DNA of 58,697 nucleotides from Deltaproteobacteria bacterium (GTDB lineage Bacteria > Myxococcota_A > UBA9042 > CAIXZC01): the NCBI GenBank assembly GCA_016875215.1, contig VGRX01000004.1:1-58697 (forward strand). Direction: 5' to 3'. A program made the position numbers and the translations under genes. Below are positions 1 through 6,498 of the stretch, piece by piece. Numbering within the stretch: the stretch's first letter is position 1; the number at the start of each line of letters is the position of its first letter. The notes under the pieces were generated by a model, which searched no databases, had not been told where the DNA came from, and saw only the letters and a list, made by a program, of their open reading frames with translations.

Positions 1-1418
1 TTTTCCTGATCCTTCCCGTCGCAGAGCTCGGGCAGCCCCGGCGCCACCTCGGCGTCGAGCGGCGCACAGTCGAGCTTGTCGGGGATCCCGTCGCCGTCGT
101 CATCCTCGTCGAGGCAGTCGGCCAGCCCGTCGAGGTCAGTGTCCGGGAACGGGTCGTCCACCTTGCCCGAGCAGTCGTTGTCCACGCCGTCGCACACCTC
201 GGGCTCGCCCGGGTTCACCTTCTTGTCGAACGGAGCGCAATCCTCGTCATCCGCGAACTGGTCGTTGTCGTCATCCGGATCGCACAGATCGCCGATGGTA
301 TCGAGGTCAGCGTCCTTCTGGTCCGGGTTGGCCACGTAGGGGCAGTTGTCCTCGTTGTTCTTCACCCCGTCGCCGTCCGCGTCGTCGGTCAGGCAGTCCG
401 CCTTGCCGTCGCCGTTGCTGTCCGGGAAGGTCTCGTCGACCAGGTTGTTGCAGTTGTTGTCCTGGCCGTCGCACAGCTCGGGCCCCGGCGTCTTGGCGTC
501 GCAGGTCCACTTGCCGTCCTCGCACACCTCCTCGCCGAAGCACTTGCCGTGCTCGTTCTTGACCATGCAGACATCGGGCAGGACGTCCTCGTCCGTGCTC
601 CCGTCGCAGTCGTCATCCATGCCGTTGCAGTCCTCGACCATCGGAACCGGCGCATCGCAGGCCGTAAGCCCCGACGGCGAGCACTTCCGCATACCCCAGC
701 ACACACCCGCTGCATTGGCCTCAAAGCACTCGGTATACGCCCCGTCGTCGATCCAGTCCTGTACGCAGCCGCACTCGTTCCCATCCCGCTTGCACTGGGA
801 GTGGGGCTTGCCCAGCACGTCCGTCACCTCCTCGCACGCGTACCCGCCCGGGCACTCCGAGGCCTCCAGGCACGGCTTTCCGCAGTAGGATCCGGCCGCA
901 CCATAGTCCACGCAGACGTCGCCATAGTCCACGCCGCCGACCAGGCAATCCGAGTTCTTCGTGCAGGGCCGGCACAGGCTCGTCGCAGGCGGTATGCACA
1001 GGAAGATCAGGTCCGGCTTGGCAGGCGGGTACTCCAGGCATTCCCACCCCAGCGGGCACTCCTCGGTACACGTCTGCGTGCACCGCTTGCCGTCCGGCGT
1101 GTCGATGCACCATGGCTCCAGGCAGTCCGCAGGCGCATCGCACGGCCACCCGGCTGCCCCCGGCTCCACACCTCCCGTATCGCCGAGATCCCCGCCGGCA
1201 TCGAGCACCCCCTCGGGCCACCAGGCCTCGGGCGCCAGCTCGGGAGCCACCTCCGGCCCCGGAACGTCGGCCGGCACGATCGAGTCCGCACCCCCATCCG
1301 CCACGGCATCGGGTCCGGGCTCCGCCACGTCGAACTCGAGCTGCACCCCACCGGTGCACGCCCCGAGGAACACGGTGACTGCAGCCATGGCGGCAAACGC
1401 CATTCCATGCCTTCTCAT
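1..1418 (-). CDS. Secreted/lipoprotein-type cysteine-rich protein (N-terminus present, C-terminus cut by window edge) with CDGxDNDC MopE-like putative metal-binding motifs and thrombospondin type-3 (Ca-binding) repeats
   Basis: Absent from the ORF track because it has no stop inside the window. My own minus-strand translation from ATG 1418..1416 (GGAGGA 6 nt upstream) gives MRRHGMAFAAMAAVTVFLGACTGG..., CNGMDDDCDGSTDE, LCDGQDNNCNNLVDE, DNCPYVANPDQKDADLDTIGDLCD, VCDGVDNDCSGKVDD ... ELCDGKDQE. The frame is open to position 1. Confidence 0.7.
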   Translation of the reverse strand, partial: MRRHGMAFAAMAAVTVFLGACTGGVQLEFDVAEPGPDAVADGGADSIVPADVPGPEVAPELAPEAWWPEGVLDAGGDLGDTGGVEPGAAGWPCDAPADCLEPWCIDTPDGKRCTQTCTEECPLGWECLEYPPAKPDLIFLCIPPATSLCRPCTKNSDCLVGGVDYGDVCVDYGAAGSYCGKPCLEASECPGGYACEEVTDVLGKPHSQCKRDGNECGCVQDWIDDGAYTECFEANAAGVCWGMRKCSPSGLTACDAPVPMVEDCNGMDDDCDGSTDEDVLPDVCMVKNEHGKCFGEEVCEDGKWTCDAKTPGPELCDGQDNNCNNLVDETFPDSNGDGKADCLTDDADGDGVKNNEDNCPYVANPDQKDADLDTIGDLCDPDDDNDQFADDEDCAPFDKKVNPGEPEVCDGVDNDCSGKVDDPFPDTDLDGLADCLDEDDDGDGIPDKLDCAPLDAEVAPGLPELCDGKDQE

Positions 1419-1702
1419 TTCGTCCTCCTGATGACCGGCTGCTCTCCCCTGTAGACGTCCTTCCTATGGCCCACCTTGACGACCAAAACGACGATTTCCT
1501 CATCCCGGATCTCGTAGATGACCCGATGGTCCCCCTGTCGGATCCGGTAGCGTTCCTGCCCGGACAGCTTCTCGCATCCCGGACCCCGGGGGTCGTCCGA
1601 GAGCCGTGCAAACGTCTTCACCAGTCTCCCGACCACCCGCTTGGGAAGGGCCCTCAAGTCCTTCGCCACGGACCGGCGAAACAGCAACCTATAGCTTCCC
1701 AT
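1415..1702 (-). CDS. RelE/ParE-family type II toxin
   Basis: 95 aa: LPKRVVGRLVKTFARLSDDPRGPGCEKLSGQERYRIRQGDHRVIYEIRDEEIVVLVVKVGHRKDVY is a RelE/ParE-type pattern. It overlaps the upstream antitoxin ORF by 14 nt. Its stop TGA overlaps the ATG of the next gene (ATGA). Confidence 0.85.
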   Translation of the reverse strand: MGSYRLLFRRSVAKDLRALPKRVVGRLVKTFARLSDDPRGPGCEKLSGQERYRIRQGDHRVIYEIRDEEIVVLVVKVGHRKDVYRGEQPVIRRTK

Positions 1703-1922
1703 GCTTCCTCAGATCCTTGAGCAGTTGTTCGTAGGTCATAAGCGGTTCCTCGCCCCGCTCTTCGAACGCGGCCAGATCCTCCTCATCTTCCCGCAAGGCC
1801 TGTCGGAGCGCATCATTGACGAGCTCGGAAATCGACCTCCTGGCGTGGGCCGCCTTGATTCTCAACGCCCGATGCAGGTCGGCATCGAAGTAGACAGTCG
1901 AGCGAATTGCGGGGTCTCCCAT
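1689..1922 (-). CDS. Ribbon-helix-helix (CopG/ParD-like) antitoxin
   Basis: 77 aa with an N-terminal RHH-like segment STVYFDADLHRALRIKAAHARRSISELVNDALRQAL and an acidic tail. GAGGAGG lies 6 nt upstream of the ATG. It sits directly upstream of and overlapping the RelE-like ORF. Confidence 0.8.
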   Translation of the reverse strand: MGDPAIRSTVYFDADLHRALRIKAAHARRSISELVNDALRQALREDEEDLAAFEERGEEPLMTYEQLLKDLRKHGKL

Positions 1923-1943
1923 GTGGTGCCTCCTCTGTCCGGC

Positions 1944-1972
1944 ATCATAGCGTCGTGATGCTATGGCGTCAA
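1944..1972 (-). promoter_or_regulatory. Sigma70-like promoter of the antitoxin-toxin operon with embedded palindromic operator
   Basis: The minus strand reads TTGACG (1972..1967), a 17-nt spacer, then TATGAT (1949..1944). The inverted repeat CATAGC-N8-GCTATG (1946..1965) lies in the spacer and -10 region, about 20 nt upstream of the antitoxin SD. Confidence 0.5.
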
Positions 1973-2090
1973 GGAGTCAGCCTACCCCTGATCCACCATC
2001 TCGGGCCACCTGCGGCGTTGCTCCGTCGCCGCCTCACTGCGACGTGGCTAAGCCACGCCTCATTCGGCTGGCTCGGTCGCGCCTTGCATC

Positions 2091-2126
2091 TGGCACCAAT
2101 CTGGCACCAATCTGGCACCAATCTGG
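2091..2126. repeat. 11-bp micro-tandem repeat TGGCACCAATC x3 (+partial)
   Basis: Direct reading gives tggcaccaatc tggcaccaatc tggcaccaatc tgg. It is intergenic, between the DUF3160 gene stop and the TA promoter. Confidence 0.9.
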
Positions 2127-2198
2127 TGGCCAGGGATTCCCCACACAGGCAGGCTCATCGCCCTCTGGACGCCGTTGACGGTGGATTTGGGCTACGGC

Positions 2199-4589
2199 CT
2201 ATTCCTGCCTGTAGTTCGTCGTCCACTCGGGCTGGGCGGGAACATCCGCAGCGGGGCCTGCCAGGATCTCCCGCCACTTCTCGTCGGTCAGGCGGTCCTC
2301 CATGGGATGCTTGAACTCGTAGTAGGAAAGCACGGGACCGGCCCCCAATCCGATATTGCCGTTCGGCAGGCGGTACGCGGCCACCAGCAGCTCCACGTAG
2401 CCCGTCCCTTCCTCGAGCACCTTCTTGCTGTTCTGGTCGGTGTGCACGTCCGCAATCAGCGTGGTCTTGACCCCCTGCTCCTCCACGCCGGCCACCACCT
2501 TGTCCAGCGTGTCGGCCAGCCCGTCGATGTACCAGACGTCCGCTTCCTCGAGCGGCTTGCCTTCGAGCTCGACGATCACGATGTCGAGCAACCTCTGCAA
2601 CGCGGTCGAGAGGTTCTCGAGCCGCTTCTTGGCCGCGGCGGGGAGCATGCCCATGTCGTCAAGGCCCGTCCGGGTCATCTCGTTGAGCGCAAGCAGGCTG
2701 GCGAAGAAGGCCGCATTCGGCTCGACATACCCGGTCACAGGCTCCGGAACCGACGTCTCGAACCCTGGCGTGTAGCTTTGCTTGGCATACAGGATCGTGT
2801 CGTGCCGAAGCTGAGACCACGAGGCCAGCGACGCGGTCAGCCAACGGTCCGTGTAAGCCGGCGTCTGCATGAAGGTCTGGTTGCCCGCTCCGGCCGGCGC
2901 CAGCAGCGTCCGGATCGCGTCGAGCCACCCCCAGTAGAGGTTGGCGTGCCACTGCTCGGGCGTCTGCGTGGCCAGGAAATCCGCCATCTCGCCGAACGCC
3001 TGGTCGAACTTCGTGTACTGGTCATCCCCGTACTCGGCCAGCAGGTCACGGGCCCGCTGCGACCCCATCACGGCCATCACGTCGAGCCCTCTCGGGAAAC
3101 CCCGGATGATCCCGACGTCCGTCGGGACCGCGGTGAACACGGAACCGTCCGCTCCCTCCTTCAACAGCCCGGCCCCGGGCGATACCAGCCTCCCCATGAC
3201 ATAGGAATCCGGGATGAACCGCTGCCCCATGAGCCGGAATCCCTTGCTCTTGTCGAGCAGCTTGTCCAGCATCTCGGGCGTCACTTCTTCGCCCGGCTCC
3301 ACGATGATCACCTGCCCGCCCGTGCCTCCGTAGATCTGCGGTGACCGCTTCTGAGCCAGGTCGGCCCGGATGTCGAACAGAGCGTCCGCATCGGTCAGCT
3401 CCACCAGGGCCGGCTTGCCCCCCAGCACCTTCGTGATCGTGTCCAGGTACTCGTAGAAAGTCAGGTCGTCGGCCAGCCCCACGAAGAAGCTGGTCGCCTG
3501 GTAGATCCGCTCCCATCGCCCCTTGGCCGTCTCCCCGCCGGCATCGAGCCCGACCAGGTCGAGCGACAGCAGGAGCGCCTGCACCGTCTGCGCATCGGCG
3601 TCGGCAGGCAGGATGAGCGCCGGGCATTCGTCGTATTCGCACGCCGGCTCGCCCCCCTTCAGCAGCATGGCCAGCCGGCCGTACCACATCATCCCCTTGA
3701 AGTAGGCCCTGAGCTTCTCGCTCCTCGTGTAGTGCCCCCGAGGCACGTACTGCGAGTAGTCCTCCTTGTACAGGAACAACGGGCCCGCCACGAACCCCTG
3801 GTGCCCCTCGATGAGCTTCAGCTCCGCAGCGACCACATCCGACACGTAGTCCGGCACCTCGGTCGCGGGCTTGGTCGTCTCGTCGTCGGCCACTACGAAC
3901 AGCGCCCGTGCAACCCGCAGGAAGGCCACGTTGCGCTTTGCCGCCTCCTTGAGCAGTCCGTCAGAGTCGCCGTACAGCTTCTCCGCACTGGCCAGCAACG
4001 CATCGGTCACGGCCACGATGTCCGAAAAGAAGATCTCCTCCTCCAGCGTCATCAGCAGCTCGTCGAACTGCACGTGGTAGAGGTGCAGCCACGTGTCCAC
4101 CGTGACGAAGAACGGGACGTTCATGTCCTTGAGGGCCCGGTACGGCGCCGCGATGTCTTCCTCGTCGCCGTAGGGCACCACGACGAAGCCGTTGGCCAGC
4201 AGCTTGTCGGTCTTCCCCTCCAGGCCGAGGTTGCCCACCACGACCTCCCAGTTGGCCACGTCCCCCGAGGCCAGTGGCAGCGTGTAGGGCTCGATCTTGG
4301 CCTCCGCCTGATACTCGAGCGGCGCGTAGTACTGCGCCATCTGCCCCTTCTCTTCCGACATGCTGCTTTCGGTCCGCAGCGGCTCGTCCGGAACTGTCGT
4401 CTGAGGGGGCTTTGCATCAAGCCCCGCCACGTCGTCCCCCGGGATGACGGCATCGTTTCCCGGCTCGACAACGTCGGTCTCCTGGCCAGTCCCATCCGTT
4501 TCGCCTGCGCCTCCGCCACCACAGCCGGCCGCCAGGATGAGCCACGTCATGCCCGACAGCGCTGCCATTCCCCAGTGCCGCATTCTCAT
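2199..4589 (-). CDS. DUF3160-family lipoprotein
   Basis: The track ORF is 2199..4703. I prefer the ATG at 4589 (GAGGAGGA 6 nt upstream), giving MRMRHWGMAALSGMTWLILAAGCGGG (lipobox). YVPRGHYTRSEKLRAYFKGMMWYGRL and the overall size match my recollection of DUF3160 proteins. Confidence 0.75.
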   Translation of the reverse strand: MRMRHWGMAALSGMTWLILAAGCGGGGAGETDGTGQETDVVEPGNDAVIPGDDVAGLDAKPPQTTVPDEPLRTESSMSEEKGQMAQYYAPLEYQAEAKIEPYTLPLASGDVANWEVVVGNLGLEGKTDKLLANGFVVVPYGDEEDIAAPYRALKDMNVPFFVTVDTWLHLYHVQFDELLMTLEEEIFFSDIVAVTDALLASAEKLYGDSDGLLKEAAKRNVAFLRVARALFVVADDETTKPATEVPDYVSDVVAAELKLIEGHQGFVAGPLFLYKEDYSQYVPRGHYTRSEKLRAYFKGMMWYGRLAMLLKGGEPACEYDECPALILPADADAQTVQALLLSLDLVGLDAGGETAKGRWERIYQATSFFVGLADDLTFYEYLDTITKVLGGKPALVELTDADALFDIRADLAQKRSPQIYGGTGGQVIIVEPGEEVTPEMLDKLLDKSKGFRLMGQRFIPDSYVMGRLVSPGAGLLKEGADGSVFTAVPTDVGIIRGFPRGLDVMAVMGSQRARDLLAEYGDDQYTKFDQAFGEMADFLATQTPEQWHANLYWGWLDAIRTLLAPAGAGNQTFMQTPAYTDRWLTASLASWSQLRHDTILYAKQSYTPGFETSVPEPVTGYVEPNAAFFASLLALNEMTRTGLDDMGMLPAAAKKRLENLSTALQRLLDIVIVELEGKPLEEADVWYIDGLADTLDKVVAGVEEQGVKTTLIADVHTDQNSKKVLEEGTGYVELLVAAYRLPNGNIGLGAGPVLSYYEFKHPMEDRLTDEKWREILAGPAADVPAQPEWTTNYRQE

Positions 4590-4776
4590 GTCCATTCCTC
4601 CTCGGTCGCTCAGCCGTCCGGAAAGTCCACCGCCAGCGGTAAAGCAACTCCCGTGCCAGGATCCTCCCAAGGCGCAAGTCACAGCAACCATGCGGCTCCG
4701 CATCCATCTGCCACAGGGCCCCCGCCGTGGCCAGGATACACAGTTCCACTCCCCGCGTAAACGGAGTGCACAGTGT

Positions 4777-4805
4777 TTGTACCCCGTCTCCGGAAGGTGT
4801 AGACT
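4777..4805 (+). promoter_or_regulatory. Candidate sigma70-like promoter for the DUF4160/DUF2442/GH114/channel gene string
   Basis: TTGTAC (4777..4782), a 17-nt spacer, then TAGACT (4800..4805), about 60 nt upstream of the GTG at 4868. The match is weak. Confidence 0.25.
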
Positions 4806-4867
4806 GGCACCGGGCCCGGTGGACGCTCAACCTTGGCTGGTCCGCCTGGCACCTGGAGGCGAGAAAC

Positions 4868-5107
4868 GTGAGTCCGACGGTGTTTCGGTACAGGGGCTAC
4901 CGGTTCTTCTTCTTCTCTCGGGAGGAGCGCCGCGTTCATGTCCATGTGCACGCTGCGTCAGGCGAAGCCAAGTTCTGGGTCGAGCCGGAAGTGGAGTTGG
5001 CCCAGAGCTGGGGACTCGCAAAGGGAGAGCTGAATGGGCTTCTGGCGTTGGCAAAGGAGCGAAGAGATGAAATCACAGAATGTTGGAAAAAACACTTCGG
5101 AAGTTGA
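4868..5107 (+). CDS. DUF4160 domain protein
   Basis: VSPTVFRYRGYRFFFFSREERRVHVHVHAASGEAKFWVEPEVELAQSWGL fits the DUF4160 pattern (xxYRFFFxSxExxxPHxHVxxxxxxAKFW). GTG at 4868 is preceded by GGAGG with 8-nt spacing. The longer track ORF from 4727 adds non-homologous residues. Confidence 0.7.
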   Translation: MSPTVFRYRGYRFFFFSREERRVHVHVHAASGEAKFWVEPEVELAQSWGLAKGELNGLLALAKERRDEITECWKKHFGS

Positions 5108-5339
5108 GGTGCTCAACATTTCCAGGCACGGGCTTTGGCTTCTGCTTCATGAAGAGGAAGTGTTCCTGCCGTTTGACTTGTTTCCCTGGTTTCGCACCGC
5201 CAGCGTTGCTGCGGTGCTCAACGTACGCATGCTGAGTTCCGAGCACCTGTACTGGCCCGATCTCGATGTCGATCTGGAGCCCTCGTCCATCCGGTCGCCC
5301 GGGGACTACCCACTCGTGTCCCGGACGATCGAGTCGTGA
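5067..5339 (+). CDS. DUF2442 domain protein
   Basis: VEVLNISRHGLWLLLHEEEVFLPFDLFPWFRTASVAAVLNVRMLSSEHLYWPDLDVDLEPSSI fits the DUF2442 pattern (...yPxLxxAxxxExxxxxxxxxGxxIxWPxLDxDL). ATG at 5067 has AAGGAG 7 nt upstream. It overlaps the DUF4160 gene by 41 nt, so the start is uncertain. Confidence 0.65.
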   Translation: MKSQNVGKNTSEVEVLNISRHGLWLLLHEEEVFLPFDLFPWFRTASVAAVLNVRMLSSEHLYWPDLDVDLEPSSIRSPGDYPLVSRTIES

Positions 5340-5367
5340 ATCCCCTGCTCTCCAGAGGTGAAACTGA

Positions 5368-6498
5368 ATGACTCTGCCATGGAAACGGAGGGGCCGAGCG
5401 AAGGTCACGCTGCTTCTACTTGCCGTCGCCGTCTTGCCCCCTTCCTGTCTCGAGTCCAACCCGCAGCCCTTCCCCGCGACCGATACGTCCCGGGGGGGAG
5501 GGGGCGGCCCGGACGCCGCGGGCAACAAGGGGTTGGACTGGGGGGCCCCCGAGAACCAGACCGATGGGGCCGTGGACTTCCGGGCCGAGATGCGCAGCCT
5601 GGTCCAGACGATTGCCGCCTACGCTCGAGCGGAGAACCCGGACTTCGTCGTGATCCCGCAGAACGGGCTCGAGCTGCTCACGCTGGACGGTGAGCCGGAC
5701 GGCCCGCTTGCTGACGAGTACATCGAGACCATCAGCGGCTGCGGACAGGAGGACCTCAACTTCGGATACCCCGGCCTGGGGGACGTCAGCCCTGCGGAGA
5801 TGACCGAACGGCTCACGGCCTTCCTCGACCGCCTTGAAGGCGCCGACCGTGATGCCCTCGTCATCGACTACTGCAAGAACGACGAGCAGACCGATGCCTC
5901 CCTTGCGGTCGCTGCCGATCACGGTTTCATTGCGTTCCCCGCGGACCGCCGCGAGCTGGACGACATCCCGGGGTACCCTCCGGAACCGCCGGACGTGAAC
6001 GAAGACGACGTGACAGAGCTGTCCCAGGCCAGCAACTTCCTCTACCTTATTAACCCGGGGGAGTTCGAATCCAGGCAGGCCTTCCTGCTGGCCATGGCGC
6101 AGACCGACTACGACCTGTTCGTGGTCGACGCGTTCTTCGACGACGAGCCGCTGAGCCCCGAAGAGGTGGAGGGGCTCAAGACCAAGGCCAACGGCGGCAG
6201 ACGCCTGGTCCTCTCCTACATGAGCATCGGCGAGGCCGAGGACTACCGATTCTACTGGCAGGAATCGTGGAACGACGACCCGCCCGCCTGGCTTGCGGCG
6301 GAGAACCCCGACTGGGAGGGGAACTACAAGGTCCGCTACTGGGACCCGGGCTGGCAGGCGATCCTGCTCGGATCGTCCGACAGCTACCTCGACCGCATCC
6401 TGGCGGCCGGATTCGACGGCGTCTACCTGGACATCATCGATGCCTTCCAGTGGTTCGAAGAGCAGTCTGGACAGGGGGAACATGGAGAACAAGACTGA
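5368..6498 (+). CDS. GH114-like / MJ1477-TM1410-family putative glycoside hydrolase (endo-alpha-1,4-polygalactosaminidase-like) lipoprotein
   Basis: Signal/lipobox LLLLAVAVLPPSC. RRLVLSYMSIGEAEDYRFYW, NYKVRYWDPGWQ and GFDGVYLDIIDAF are typical of the GH114/TM1410 TIM-barrel family. GAGGTGA lies 6 nt upstream of the ATG. Confidence 0.75.
   Translation: MTLPWKRRGRAKVTLLLLAVAVLPPSCLESNPQPFPATDTSRGGGGGPDAAGNKGLDWGAPENQTDGAVDFRAEMRSLVQTIAAYARAENPDFVVIPQNGLELLTLDGEPDGPLADEYIETISGCGQEDLNFGYPGLGDVSPAEMTERLTAFLDRLEGADRDALVIDYCKNDEQTDASLAVAADHGFIAFPADRRELDDIPGYPPEPPDVNEDDVTELSQASNFLYLINPGEFESRQAFLLAMAQTDYDLFVVDAFFDDEPLSPEEVEGLKTKANGGRRLVLSYMSIGEAEDYRFYWQESWNDDPPAWLAAENPDWEGNYKVRYWDPGWQAILLGSSDSYLDRILAAGFDGVYLDIIDAFQWFEEQSGQGEHGEQD

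Noticed and set aside
2091-2112. Sigma54 promoter (TGGCAC-N5-TGGCA)
   Set aside because: The -12 element would be TGGCA instead of TTGCA. No plus-strand gene lies downstream for more than 2.5 kb, and the pattern is explained by the 11-bp tandem repeat itself.
6055-6075. tRNA T-arm-like string gagttcgaatcc
   Set aside because: The flanks do not form acceptor or T stems (ggggg/caggc do not pair). The sequence lies inside the well-supported GH114-like CDS, and no cloverleaf can be drawn.
6293-6481. Upstream extension of the channel gene (track ORF starts at 6293)
   Set aside because: The extension is an Arg/Thr/Ser-rich alternate frame of the GH114-like gene 3' end. ATG 6482 is preceded by a G-rich SD and is followed immediately by the first TM segment.
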